Shown here in pieces: positions 25,374-39,700 of a DNA stretch of 64,000 nucleotides (position 1 is the first letter of the stretch; the number at the start of each line of letters is the position of its first letter). Below the pieces are notes generated by a model. The model was not told the origin of the DNA and made no database searches. It saw nothing but the letters and a program-made list of their open reading frames with translations. Position numbers and translations under genes: made by a program. Source of the stretch: Botryllus schlosseri (Eukaryota); contig CM119371.1 of NCBI GenBank assembly GCA_051294905.1, forward strand, positions 26,910,001 to 26,974,000, written 5' to 3'.

Positions 25374-25744
25374 ACACCAATAACCACACATTCAATTCCT
25401 CGTCAATTATTTTTATTACGAGATCCAGTAGCCTAGGCTGTAGTCAGAATTGGACAACTAGAAAATCAGCTTTTCAAAATTAGACTATAATGATAATTAT
25501 GGCTGCATATTTTTCCAAATTAGAATAGAATTATAGACAGTAGTTATTTTTCAATTAAATTAGAATAGGGATTACTGAATATGTGAAAATTTGGAAATTG
25601 AATCTGCACAACTCGCTTAGTATTGTAGAGTTCTACTGTAGAATTTTCACCAAAACCAGAAATTAAGTTGGAATTATATTACTGGCATTTTCCACTTACT
25701 ATTCTAATTATACAGCCAATTAACTAGTTGTCCAAGTCTGGTTT

Positions 25745-27335
25745 TTGTGCTATTTCGATTCGTTGCTGTATTTTCTCAATTTTGCAGTTCTTTTTCCATT
25801 TCCAGTTTCTGGTACTTGACATGCATCTGTAATTCAAAATTTTTCATTCTGATATCATGCTGCTCCTTTGCCATTTCCAGGACGCTCATTTCTGAACACC
25901 ACATTTTGATCACCAACATTATAGTTAAAATAAGATTTTTTTTTATCAACACACCTGGCTCATTTTCGAGACAATTAGCGTTGAACTTTTTGTGTTCTCT
26001 GTTTCATCTTGCATATCTGAATGTAGTAATGAATAAACTGTGAGTTGCATCACCATCATTGTATGCTAACACTTACCGGTCTGGTGTTCCATCCTGAAGT
26101 CTGTCGAGGGAACTGAAGGAAGCGTCACATCGCCATCAACAACGAAAAGGGCAGCAATTTCATTTGCTGCAAGAAAACTATGGTTAACAACAGTTGTATT
26201 GATTCAGTAGAGTTCAAATTCAATAGAGCAATGTTAATGTCAATCAAAACAACCCGCGATGTTCTATTTGAAGTATTCGTGTGGCTATGTTAGTACCAAC
26301 ACAATTCATATGGATTTCAAATTAGTACCTCAACTTACCATCGCTGTTGTGACATGAAGAACCAGCCTCTGTGTTCACATCCTCGTCGATGATGAAGGTG
26401 CAAACTGAATCTTCGGAATATGCATCTGAATAAACATTTTATTTAAAAATTTTAGTTTGAAAAGTTACTTTCAAATTATTTTTTCATGGTTTATCTTGAA
26501 GTCAGGTTGCAAGCCTAACAATAATATGGCCAACGATACTGCTCAGGCACCTGCACAGTAGCAAAGCCAGACTGTTGCACGTTAAAATTGGATGCAAGTT
26601 CCTCTGTCGTTGGTTGTAACATATTAAAAAAGTTTATGTCCTAAATGCACTCACCATTGTTCGTGTGACTATCGAATACGGAATCGTAGTCATACCGATG
26701 TTTCAAACATTCAATTTGAGATGGAATAAGGTCTGAAAAGTGATAATAAATATACCAGTGCTATAAAAATCAATTGCAGATTGATCAAGGAGCGGTTCAG
26801 ATTAGGAATTTGCTGAGCAGTGTTCCCCATGTGTCGTTTTCGTATAGCTGATGACGTGCAGAAGTCTCTGGATATGGTTAGTTTGTTGAGAATTACAAAA
26901 AGACAATAAATCCATGTTTCTCATGAGTATGAAGCACGCAGAGAGTCACGATAAACACAGATGGAAACAATACATCTCCTACTGCGAATTTTAAAGAATT
27001 GTCAGTAAAATTACCTATCGAAAACCTTTTCCAAGGAGTTCGTCAACTGGAGGTGGGCCAGTTTTGGCCCGTTCGACGTGTCGTGATGCATATAACTTTT
27101 TTGCTTTTCGTTTCAAATTTTTCAATACATTCTGGATTTGGCCAGTTGTGCGGCTGCACGCGCAGGACCGGTATTCATAGCTGCATATTTCTTACTGATT
27201 ACATCTCAGGCCACATCTTTTTGTTTTGCCGTCAGTCTTTTTGTCTTCTTTGGTTTCAATATATTCTTCTATCAATTCAATTATTCTAAACTTTTCCTGT
27301 CTGTTGCAATTTTCCGTACTCGTATTTTATTTCCA
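25745..27335 (-). pseudogene. Harbinger Myb/SANT-like accessory protein relic (spliced)
   Basis: EKFRIIELIEEYIETKEDKKTD..KDVA*DVISKKY..AAQL..*KNLKRKAK at ~27100-27310. Coiled-coil-like tail EMAKEQHDIRMKNFELQ at ~25830. Confidence 0.7.
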
Positions 27336-27779
27336 AAGTATACTGTCGAATTCTGTACAGTGTACAGTACAGTCTGTAAAAAATGTCATACCGGTAATCA
27401 TAGCATAAGGTACTATCGGCCCATAATATGCGCCAACAGTTGCAGTAGTGTCTGAGTACAATGTTTTCAACTAATACCGCAACTGCACGTCAGAGCATCC
27501 AGTTAACACTATCTCAATACCAAATACTAGTGTACCCGTAGCCAGCCCAGACCGCAGTCAACGCGAAGCACACAGCCGATTAACTTTCTAGACACCTCGC
27601 TCGGCGGATAACATTTGGCCGATTAAAATTCACCGATTAGTGGCAAATCGGCATCTGTGCCACGGAAGCCAGCCGATTACTGACGTTTAATCGGCGATTA
27701 GGAATTAATCGACATCTGTGCAATCCACCCTAAAAGAAAAACTTTTTTTCATACGACTAAATAGGTATTATTTCACAGT

Positions 27780-28140
27780 GCGCAATATTGTACTCTGACG
27801 GTCGCATTTGTACCGCGATGGTCATATTTAAAGGACTATTATTAAGCGCAGCCATTTCGGCTCATGGAGATATAAATATCGAAGGTTTCGCCCAAAGTGC
27901 GGAGTATTTGGTGGGAAAAGGCTTAGTCACCGTCGAGTTCATCAGTCATGCAGTATCCGACGTCGCAGGCTGTGTCGTACATAATAGGCCTTGATGGACT
28001 ACGAAATGCCGATATCTGAAAATCTTGCACCAGCAGGTTTAACGCCAAGCGGTCATTCTCAACCGGTGCGTGCCACTTACAATACATCTGGCAAGTGCGA
28101 CGCGAGCGATTTCTACGGGATTTTGAAATTATGCGCAAAA
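27780..28140 (-). pseudogene. CUB-domain-like relic
   Basis: MYCKWHAPV..LNLLVQDFQI..ACDVGY..ELDG* resembles the CUB C-x-W / DF / C..DY..DG pattern. Contains stops. Confidence 0.4.
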
Positions 28141-29247
28141 TAATGCTAGCCCATTACAAACGGTCAATAATCTAAATTGAGCTTGATAGGAAGTTTGTAA
28201 ATTTGACAAATTAAAATTGATATTATGCCCGCAATCAATATCCCCCTTGAATTTTCTTTACCGGGCAGATTGCGTGCCGTGAAGGCTGAATTCAGTTTTG
28301 CACAATACGTTGATCGATTGATCGAACGCAGAGAAGAGCAGACATGGCGCCGACTGTATGACAATGCAGTTTTTAATCCCCATTGTTTCTCCACTCAACA
28401 GCAAGAAATAAACTCCACTGTGGAATTGACGTTCGCGTTTACAAATTCGAATTTCAAACGTGGCAATTCACATTGTGATTGTTAGGTATCGTGTCGGCAC
28501 TTCCGTTAAAATGTAGGCTTGTAGAACAACGTTGTGTTGCTGTCGACGAATATGAGTATTGAGATGTAAGGTTGATCAAATTAAAACAGTTAGCAAACTT
28601 CTTGCTTCGCCGCCAAGGTTATAATCTTGGCTTGTTTAAAGTATCGTTGAAATACGGGTGGCTGGCAGTAGAACTATTGAGGTATATGACCATTGGTATG
28701 TCCAATCGTCGACAGGATATTTCAACCTGATATTTCCCACCTACTAAGCCGTTTTTTTACCGTATATTACACAAAAGTTACAAACCGGCAGTGGTGAATT
28801 GTCAGTAGTGAGGAGAATAGGCCCGTAGATCTTTGGGGGCTTTGCGGGAAAGGAAGACCGCGATAAAGATGACCAAAATCGCTTGTAAAAGTGCTTTTAT
28901 ATACTAAACTACCATTTGTAATTACTAGAAACAAGTTTCCCAAAAACTGTTCAAATCTGAATCTTCACGCGTGCTACACAACCTACGTCAAAATGCATTG
29001 AATACGCCTACGTAATCGTTACGGAGATCGTGCTTGACCTCTTCGAACCAATGCAGCAGTGGGCAGGTTTATGTCAAACAAATCCTATGAAATCGTATCT
29101 AAGCGCGGAACGAAGTTTCTGGGAAGTCGTATATCAAAAGGACCCCTTTTACTTTCGTCAGAATACTTTAAGGATTGTTAAAATGGAGGAATTAATTTCG
29201 GAAAAGGAAGTCCAACAACATTTTGGATCGACTGCAGAGGTGGTCAC

Positions 29248-30714
29248 CAGAGTTGGATCAATTGTAATTTGTAATTGAGCTGAATGCAATTAATTACATT
29301 TTTCAATTTAATTGTAATGTAATTGTAATTGAAGCTTTTTTATTTTATGTAATTGTAATTGTAATTTGACAAAAATTTTGCTCAATTACAATTTCAATTA
29401 CATTAAATTGCTATTGAGACCTGACAAGCACAACATAAAACAATTGACTTATAATGCATTCTCTTTAAATGTCGATAAGGAATTTGATGGATCCATTCGC
29501 GTAAGCCCTTGACTGCGCCCTTGCGGGCGAAGTTTTTTTTATTTTTACCGCTATGCTGGCCTCGGCTGCCATTGTATACAATTATTAGATTACTAACCAA
29601 CGGATGTATTCGCAACACGTCACTCACGATTGAATACGCCGAGAAGCGAACTGCTGAGCCGGCTAGAAGCAGCAGAATTGATAGTCCCATAGCTGGCGAT
29701 CCAAGCGTCGAAATTTGATATGTATGGTCCTAATCGAAAGCTAGTGTCGCACTGATTCCGCAATAAAAGTATATTTTCAGGCAATGGTACCATCCCAAAA
29801 TAGTCGTGAAAGTCTGGGAATCGGCATTGTTCTGAACAATCGCTGGGCGTAATTGATCATTGTTGTGGTCATGCTGCTGCGGCGCTCTCACTTTTCAGAA
29901 CAGTCGGCCTCAAACGGCTATTTTGGAGCAGTTACATTGCCCTGACGAGATTTTAATTTGTATTTTCGGAATTAGTGCATCAATAGCTTACGATAAAGAC
30001 CAGATGCATCAAATTTGGACGCCTGGATCGCCAGCTCTAGGACTACAAAGTTTGCTGCTTTTAGCCGGCTCTGCAGTACGTTTGTCGGTGCATTCATCCG
30101 TGACTCACATCTTGCGCATCTATCCGTGGGTTGGCAATCTACAATACGATTTCAGATCACAATGCTGCATCGTTACTTCGTCTGGCTAACTAACCAGACC
30201 ACTGGATATTATATAACGTCTTATCTGACAAAGCACGGTTTTCTTTTTACTCCTCATCCTAATTTCTACACTACGTCCCTCGATAAAAATAATATTATTT
30301 CTTTATTTATATACTATATACACAAATCCAACACGTGCATATATTGTAATACTTTTTCAACGACATACTGCATAGGCTACTGGAATAGCTCGAAAACGTT
30401 TTTTCTTTTTATTAATTAACGGGTATTTGCGCATCATGAATGAAACATGAATACTTGAATTGTTGTTAATTACGACGCTACGGTGGTCAAGGAGCACGGT
30501 TGAATTTATGATTATTCAATTACATGTTCAACAGCAGCAATTGTAATTGTAATTGTAATGTAATTGAAGCATGCAAGGAGTAATTGTAATTGTAATTGTA
30601 ATTTGATATTTTTAGCATGGAGTAATTGTAATTGTAATGTAATTGAAACATGCATGAAAGTAATTGTAATTGTAATTGTAATTGAACTGAAATAATGTAA
30701 TTGATCCAACTCTG
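29248..30714 (+). mobile_element. Non-autonomous hAT (CAGAGTTGGATCAATT family) with GTAATT repeats
   Basis: TIRs CAGAGTTGGATCAATT/AATTGATCCAACTCTG, TSD GTGGTCAC (29240-29247, 30715-30722). Confidence 0.93.
29586..30141. mobile_element. Palindromic MITE (TAGATTACTAACC termini) carried inside the hAT element
   Basis: Imperfect internal inverted repeat. Same module at ~50671-51227 and 1-97, related free copy at 57071-59776. Confidence 0.7.
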
Positions 30715-30755
30715 GTGGTCACATTAGTCAGGGTTACTACTAAAGTGGGTGCAGG

Positions 30756-33533
30756 GAGCCGACGGCCCAAGTGCGTGCTCATAAGGTCTTAGAAGGTTTG
30801 ACGGTTGGAATTGAAAGTATGAAATGCACTGATCACAAATCTTAGAGTCAGCCGTTACCGCTCCGGGGGGATTGGCTGTGAGGGGGCAGCAAAAATTTGC
30901 ATAAAACCGAAATTTCGAGTCATAGGTACAGCGTCAGTTCCGATAATTTAAGAAAGAGTACCCTTTTACATAACGGAATTTATATGAACTGACCAATGAT
31001 ACTGGTGGAATCGCGAGATACGCCCGTCGGAAGATCGACTCTAGTAAAAAGTCCTTGCCACATTTTGAAATCGCTGCTCAAACGAGAGTAATGTTGCAAC
31101 TGATATTAGGTTCAATCGTGCTGGTAAAATGCCAATAAATCCACCAGGTCACCGTTGTTTTGCAGTTATAAGTAATTAAATGAATATTGATGAGAGAGAA
31201 TGGAAGCAGACGAAGTAAATATAGCAAGAGATTATGTGAAAATTACAGCTGATAGAGATTGATCATATGTAACCACAGTTAGCCTATCTATGCTCATTGC
31301 TCATATTGCGATGAAGTCATTCATATACACAGTTATCATCTGTACAGGATTTGTATCAATTAGCTTGAGGTGAGGCTCTTTACCTACGTTTGCTTTCTAT
31401 GTCCGACGCATGTGACATTATTGCTTTAAATGAAATGAAATGGTGCAATTTGTCTATTGATTTTCATTTTTTCGCTGTTTACACCGTGGAAAAGTTGAGA
31501 ATATAAAACGTTTAGCAAAAGCCATTGCTAACAAGACACACTCTTTTCCGAACCATGTTACCTCAGTACAGGCAGAGACGCGTGTTTGCAGGAATATCTA
31601 GAGGTACAACCTACCAAAAGTATGGGAACCCTCGAAAAGCTCTATTTTTAGAAGATAATTACTTGAGTAGTTTTCAGACTGTTCATTCTTTTGATACACT
31701 TGAAATAGTCTTGACACATCTGGGAAATTGCTACTTCTACTCGCAATTGAGCAGAAATCCTCGACATTACTTCTACTTCTACTTGAGCAGCGAAGCTGAA
31801 CACTTTCACTGGTGGTGTTAAATCAAACCCTCTGTCGGTTGTCGACCAATCGATAAGTCCAGAATTATTCATTGTTTCATGCATGTCCAGTTGGTACAGC
31901 GCGATTAACTGTCGATATTGGTCAAATGTGTATAAATTAGGCAGAAAATCAATTATTCACCTTCTCCAGGCGTGGCTGGTAATACTTTTCCGAAAAATAC
32001 TTACAACTAAGCGAGTTAGCATTGACTCATTTCCGTTATTTCAAAATCACATAAATCCGATAAAAATACATAAATTTTTATGGAAATCGATAGGAAAACA
32101 CCACAAGATAGAATATATTCATGCTAAACCAACTCGTGAGAAATTAGATTTAACGCTATATAGATAGAGGGGCTTCAAACATACGACCGTCAAACGATTT
32201 CATCCGGCCCGCGAAGCAATTCCGAGTAGATTAAAACATGTGTGTATTATCAAGCACATTCGTAACAAATGTTGAGGATTTTGGTAAGAAATACTTCAAT
32301 TAATTAATCCCTCAAAACAGCAGATGTAGAGTATGTTCATGTTCAATTGTTCAAAGACCACCTTATAACCAATTGATAACGGTACTGTGGTTTCACTCTA
32401 GTCACAATTAGGAACAAGTAGCAGATATTGACACCCAATTCCCAGAAGGAAGAAAAGTGGATGTAGATTTTGGAGTTTTATCGAAAAATTGACCAGAAGT
32501 GAAAAGGCCAGTGCGAAACTGTCATATGCGGAGAATATAATAGTCACAGAGAAATATAATTCAAATATATGTCGTCGCACTGCTACATTACTTCTGACTC
32601 AAAAGGTTCCCGCGGCTTCGTCGAGAGAAACTAGAATCGCAATTTAACAAAAATCAATTCCAATCTCCGCGGTTACAGGTAAAATTGACGCCAATATACA
32701 ACTGAACAAAGGGAGCATAGAAATGCCAAATTATAGCTAGAGCCTTTAGCGCTCTAGAACTGGACTTATTCAACCTGCCAATCATCGCATTATTGCCAGT
32801 TCCATTGTCCACGAATTAAGATGTAACTAGAATTTCTTCTAAATGAATAGGCGCTACTGGTCAGCCATCAGGTTCTGGATTACCGGACCTTATGACCTTA
32901 CATATCGATCTCGCCTTCCACCACATGTCACCTCATTTTGTCGCTTGCATTTCATATTCTCTGCTTTACTTTTCAATCATAACTTCATCGCAATATGAGC
33001 AATGAGCATAGATGACTGCGGTTACTTGTTCAATCCCAATAAGCTGTAATTTTCACATAATCTTTTGCTATATTTAATTCGTAAGATCAACACTCTTTCA
33101 CCAATACTCATTTTAATTACTTATGAAAGCAAAACGACGGAGACATGGTAGATTTATTGGCATTTTACCACGATTGAACCTAATATATGCTGCCACATTA
33201 CTCTTGTTTGGGCCGAGCTTTAAAAAATGTGGCAAGATGTTTTCCTAAAGTCGATCTCCCGACGGCTGTATCTCGCGTTTCCATCACTATCATTCGTCAG
33301 TTCAGATATATTCTGTTATGCGAAAGGGTACCCTTCCTTAAAACATCGGAACTGACGCTGTACCTATGAGTCGAAATCTCGGCTTCATGCAAATTTTTGC
33401 TGCCCCCTCACAGCCAAACCCCCCGGAGCGATAACGGCTGACGCTAAGATTTGTAATCAGTGCATTTTATACTTTTGATTCCGACCTTCAATCCTTCTAA
33501 GACTCTATGACCACGCACTTCGGCCGTCGGCTC
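30756..33533. mobile_element. Long-TIR element (~560-bp inverted repeats), superfamily unresolved
   Basis: Arms 30756-31320 and 32978-33533 are reverse complements (GAGCCGACGG...CCGTCGGCTC). No clear TSD. Confidence 0.8.
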
Positions 33534-35804
33534 TCGGTCTATAAGTATTCTGGTAGTTTGATGGTGCCGTAAGCCAAAAAAGTGCTGAACCACTGTGATG
33601 GTGTGCTGCGAACAATTTTAATTTCCAAAGGGTGCCGCGAGGTCAAAAAGGTTGAGAACCACTGCTCTAAAGATTGAACTCCCCTCTCTAGCATTTGCCT
33701 TATTCTTTTATTATTAACCTACCAAGATTTTGTTGAGTAGAAATCAACCGATTTTATGACATGAAATCGCGCCAAGCGCGAGGAATATTTTCAGGTTGTA
33801 TAATTCCGCATAGAAGCATTCTACGTAATGTTGATTCGCAAAATAGTTTTCGATGTATACTTGGTGTCACAGTACAGCATGTACCTCCTGGCCTGGTGCA
33901 TCGTACTCCGACGGAGCCCATGGCCCCTGATTAGGAGCCTCTGATCTATATGGACATAAAACTTGCTGATTAAGTAGCAGATCGTCTACCTACCCGCAGG
34001 CAAGTCACTCACAAAACTTAGTTACATAATTTACAAAGAAATCATATTGATTTATTAGTACATTGGTGGCTTAAAACGGGAACTCGGAAGCATGCCTTAC
34101 AGAAGAAAGCATTTAATACCGAGGTCGATGTCAGAATACTTACAAAAGAATAGGCCTAGCATTCTTAAAAAATAATGAGCGGTATAAGACCACTGACGAT
34201 ATCTTTATACACTAGCGATTGTGATCATATAAATAATGATTTTCATACCATTTTATACCATAGGTAAAACTAAAAGAGATCTCGCGAGAACCCGTCCCGT
34301 GACCATCACAAAAGATAGTGATTATTGCTGCCGCCGGTGAGACATTCAAAATGATGATGGTGAATTGTGGGGATCAAAATATCCTAACTGACAAATGCGA
34401 ATAACTTTCAATCACGAAATCCCACATTTCATGTTGGAGTCGATGAACTGCATTAGAACATGGCACTGATAGTCAATTACTTTCAGAGATATCAGCGCTG
34501 AAATTGCACCTTCCGCAATGTCCATGAAATCAGGAGAACGTATAACGCATGTTAAGCAAATATAACTTCAGCAACGTGGTTTCATTCTTCCATCCCGAGA
34601 AACTTCATGCAAAAGTAGACAATGAGCTTGATCACTACATATGCAGCAAACCCGTAGGCGAGTGCTAGACACATCCTGTAGTGACGAATGGATTGTGCGT
34701 TAGAGACATAAAATTTATTCACACAATTTGATAATCATTTACAGGTAGCAGTAGCTATTTTTAGTACATGCTACATCTACTTCAAGATGTAAATGAAGAA
34801 TATGCCAGAGACTGTTCGTGTTTAAGGTGATTAGGGCGAGTCGGAGAGAACCTTTGTGGTTATGTATCAACACCTTTCAAGACTACAACACATGGTATGT
34901 TGATTTTGTAGATCGACGCGAAACGACTGTCCGAGTTTAGAATAGGGAAATTCTATATATTTTGCTCAGTTACCCCAACGTAGGTGGTGTATTGAATGAA
35001 ATGTAAGACAAAAACTTCATGCAAATCTCATCTAACTGTACAAGTTCCAATCGAACAAAAACGCCAATAAAGATTTGTGGGTATTGCGGCTTTTCAAAAT
35101 TCTTGAAGGTCCAGTTCCATTAGTCCAATGGAAGTGAGTTTTCAGTGTTGTTGGACTGGTTGATGAGAATCGTATAGTTTGGTAATGAGAAGCGTCTGGT
35201 GATAATTCTGACTGTTATATTTCCTGGATTTTAATTAGGCTTATACCAGCTGGACTGGCACTACTAGTTTCTTACTCAGCTGGGATTTTATTGAAAAATG
35301 TCGAGTTTATATGCCCGGGATACACTTTTCAGACTTACTGCAATTAGAAGTCATAGGTCAGGGTATTCAACAGTTTTCTGGTTATAACCCAGCAAATTAG
35401 TAAAAAAACGGAAAATTAACAAGTGTCGACTGCGGTACCTAATCTCGTTAATTACCCGCTTGACCTTGGCTCAAGCGCACACCTGACCATAGGCTTCATC
35501 AAGAACCAATGACACAGCTACGCGCATTCATTAGCTAATTTTTATTCAGTTACATCTTCTGATTAGTGCAAGGTTGGGTATCTCAGTCAGAATCTAGCTT
35601 CAGTGTATTGATGGTACGACGCAATTTGGGAATGTAAAACAGAAATCGAATTAGGATTATTGCCACTTTTCAAACTTTGAAGTTTCAGCAAAAATTAGAC
35701 TCATTCCTAGTTCAAAAAACATTTACTCGGGCGGCTTCGCGCCTTCCTCGAGAGGCTTCCACGCCTCCAGTTCGATAATCACAGAGATACAAATGCAGTG
35801 ACAA

Positions 35805-35915
35805 ACAAAGCATGTCAAAATAGGTCACGGCAGCCTGAATCATTGCGGAAGTCAACTATTTCATCTTGCAATTCGTCATTTGCATGCTGAACCGCAACAC
35901 GAAATGGATTTCTCA
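35805..35915 (-). pseudogene. Charlie/Buster-type transposase fragment
   Basis: NPFRVAVQHANDELQDEIVDFRNDSGCRDLF matches the NPF..LQEELIEL.ND motif. Confidence 0.55.
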
Positions 35916-36174
35916 GAAGCGTGATACCATATCAGCTAATCTTTGGAAAGTGGGATTCGAACTCAATTTATAGTTAACAGATGCCGTTCACACTTCCTAT
36001 CTAATTGAACGATCCCCATCGGACACACATACGAAACTGCGAAACATGTTACAATTTCACATTTGACGTTTCCAAATGCTGAACTCAACAAATACAGCAT
36101 AACAAGTGATGCTACATGTGTAAGAAAAACTATGTCACAAACGTAACATCAGGTAAGTCTTCTTTTCTGTTTAC

Positions 36175-36216
36175 CTATCGTAGTCTAATATATTCATGAT
36201 AACATTATTTCTTGAC
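36175..36216 (-). CDS. Predicted exon F of unknown spliced gene (SRNNVIMNILDYD)
   Basis: TCTTCCGCAG acceptor, GTAAAC donor, 42 bp, phase 2-2, in frame with exon 36355-36520. Confidence 0.5.
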
Positions 36217-36354
36217 CTGCGGAAGACAGCGTTACAGCCCAGTGTTGAACTACGCCGGCAAGTTTGAAAGCGCTATTCTTGCGGAATTTTGTCAGATGTT
36301 AATATCGGTATTGGCATGAATTAAAATCATAAGATGCGACAGTACGACACCTAC

Positions 36355-36520
36355 CTTTCGCGCCATTCCATATCCGCGAACATTGATTTTATTTCAGCTG
36401 TTAGCTTCCGCGACTCAGGACTTGGTTCCATTGGAACAAGTTTTGGGCCGCCACTTGCGCCCCGGCCTTGATGATAATCTTCCTCGATTTGTATACGTTC
36501 CTCCCCCATTAAGGCTGCCG
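36355..36520 (-). CDS. Predicted exon E (AALMGEERIQIEEDYHQGRGASGGPKLVPMEPSPESRKLTAEIKSMFADMEWRE)
   Basis: TTTCTATCAG acceptor, GTAGGT donor, phase 1-2, open frame, locally GC-richer than flanks. Confidence 0.6.
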
Positions 36521-36762
36521 CTGATAGAAACCGATTGCGACGGTTAAGCAATAGCACATACATGCCTCGGGTTCTCCCGAACATATCTCTATTAACTTGA
36601 AAAATATATTCATATTGAAATGTACACTTTCGGGTGACAGTCGTCAGTAGGAATACTCGCCAACTAGCAGCAAAGATTTCGAAACTACTTGTGTATCAAT
36701 AGTCGTATCCCCAACTAAGATGTAGCCGGCATAAAAATTCAAACCGTGCAGATGTCATAGAC

Positions 36763-39700
36763 CAGAGGTCTCAAACTCAAATGTGCTGGCGGGCCAATTT
36801 CCTAGTTTTTGATGAGCTCGCGGGCCGCAGCATCAATAATAGGGATATTCAATGTATAATTTCCAAGTAGGCCTTATTTGACGGGACCTTGCAAACAGGC
36901 AGTCCACAAATATAGTGGAAATGTAATTTATTATTGCACTATTTACGCGTGACACGTAAAAAATTCACATTTTCATGTAGGCTTTTGGAATAATTTTTTT
37001 TTTTTGCCGAGCATAATTTTTTTAATTGATGAGTTATAGACATCATGCGAGAGGATGCATCATGACATCGTGAAACTGTCGTGTTTTGATATTGCAGCAA
37101 GTGGACCTTGACATTTCATAATTTTTATGCAGAATATTTTAAAATCTACTGAAGATTGATGGGATATCAGAGCATTCGGGCGGTATAGCCCAATCCTGGT
37201 TTTGATATAGTCGTGATAAATATAGGCTTTTGTTACTGTCATTGTCAAAGTCAAATTTAATCAGCGTTAGATTTTGATTTCGGTTATTATTGGAACACAT
37301 CAATAACAACTAAAATATAATCATAACTGATCCATAGTAATAACATTGCTTCTTATCCTCTTTAGTGATTGTACCCCTTGTGCTTCCAATAATATTTCTC
37401 GTATCCCCTGCCCATTTTCAACACAGTTTCTGACGGTACGTATATTAAAATCAGAAAGCCTTTTCACATAAAATCGCGCGTAGCGCGAAGACGTTTTACC
37501 AGTTGTATAAATTGGCCAAGAAAATTCCACAGCATATATGCATAATTCCACAACGCATCTCGTACACCCTGGTGTGGTGCTTCGTACTCCAATGGGGTCT
37601 GCAGACCCTGGTTAAGAACCCCTGGAATAGAAATGTCCAATCGGCGAAGAATTCATTGATATTACAGCTGTGGAGCGTATACTACCAACTTACTCGCCAC
37701 CGATAATAACATGGACAATGAGAACAAACAACACCCAGCATGTAGCCAACTATACGTCACCGGGGTTACAGAATAACAATGGTTGCCATACTGACCCGAT
37801 TAGATAGCTACATACCCTACACAACGCAAGCGACGACGTTTTAATATCTTACTATTCCCCATGACAGTTTCATAGATTGTTGCGTCCGCAGGATTACCAA
37901 GTCACCGTTCCGAGTCTCAGGTCCATCTCTGATTTTAACGTTTGACCCGACTCAACTCGAGTCGTTTTTATTTAATTACCCAGTCAATCCGAAATCGAGT
38001 AATTTTACGAGAAGGTCGCACCAAAACAAATTACAATTTTCAGTCACGAATCATCAACCGGTCATGTTTTATCATCATAAACTAGAAATGTGACATATTA
38101 GCTCAGTGGTTCTTAACCTTTTTTCTTCCAGCGCCCCCTTTCAAAAACTATCGTGCTCCACCGCCCCCCACCCAATATTGTAAGGACTGTAACTAAGACA
38201 ATGGGTGAGAGGGAGGGCCGTTACAGCACCACGTCAGTCCCCTAAAAACGATTGTCTTCGGCACCCATAGCGTGATAAACCAAACTCATGAGGGCTTCGC
38301 CCCCAATAACCCCGTCGCGTGATTTCGATGGTCAGCATAGTTTATGTGGCCTGGTCGCCCTAGGAGCCAATATTTTGCTATATTACATGAGTCTAAAGTA
38401 AGCACACGATTCAAAATTAGTATTTTGTCACTGGCGAATAATTTTCTCTGATGGATGTTATTTGTCCTGTGGGGTGCAGATTGCGACGACATGATAATTC
38501 GGCACGATTGATTTAAGTATCTATGGACAATTGGACTTATATACATCGGAGTTTACGCTCAACATAAGGGCAATCCTCTTCGGCTAAGATTTACTCGCTG
38601 ACGGTCTTTTTGACACACTTCTCGGAGTCCCATATTCACCAGAACTTCATATGTCTTCGTGCATTGTGGCGTGGTAATGGGCGCCGCCGAAATATCCTAT
38701 TTCTATTTTCTAAATTACGCGTATTCTTCCGTGGGGGAGTCGTCAACACATGTTTAATTTATTTTCATTCACCGAAATAATTTAGGGCACCCTTCGAGCT
38801 AACCGATTGGGGATTTGGATTGCAGCAGTTTTGGTGTTGGTAAGAGGTCAAACTTCAGTCGGTATTTTTGAAACTTTGGTATTGGAAATATTCCGCGCTT
38901 TAATCGCGCTCGAGGACCATTCGACTATAATAAACCATATATTAATTGTTTGTGGTATATTCAGGGTCACTTCAAGGTTGTTATAACAACAATCGGGTAC
39001 AGTCTCATACCCTGTGGTTCGAACCCTCCCGAATTCACATCGGCGATTGGCAATACGGGGAAATTAATGGTATTGGATTTTTTCTTAGTGCTTTGTGTTA
39101 CTATAAGTAAGTCAACTGAGAATGGGATGCATATATCTGCTCACATTGAATTTAGTACTGTACCCAGTTATCTAATTTAACATGACTGTATTCCAAACAT
39201 AGCAAGTCATATTATTTAACGTTCATGTGAGGTCGTGACCACAACACGAGATAGTAATATCCTTAATGATACGATGAAGAAATATTATGACGATTTAATT
39301 TTGTAGCTCTCAAGTATATTTAGTAATTCATTTCGTGCACAAAGCTTCAAAACTTATTTTATGTACAAGGGGCTCTCACTCTCAACCAAACGTAATATAC
39401 AGTGCCTCATTCTTCGATTTTCACACGCTGTGCACTGCGGTATATAATACCTACTTCGAAACATTTTGTTGAAAATAACCCTAGCAAGCTTGACGGCAGT
39501 GTTCTAAATAACAGGAAATTGGCGGTCTAAAAGTGCGCGCAATTCGTTTCATATGAATTATAATAACCCACTACATTTATGAAAACATATGTAGCAAACA
39601 TAATCGCGTATCGCGACCAAACATTTCGGGATTTGACATGTTTTGTGGAATGTTAATTTGTTCTGAATACTCATTAAGGATATGTCCTGTACTAACACAT

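Larger units (their letters stand above)
24276..27730. mobile_element. PIF/Harbinger transposon derivative
   Basis: TIRs GGGTGGATTGCACAGATG/CATCTGTGCAATCCACCC, 3-bp TSD TAA. Contains convergent nuclease and Myb/SANT relics. Confidence 0.92.
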
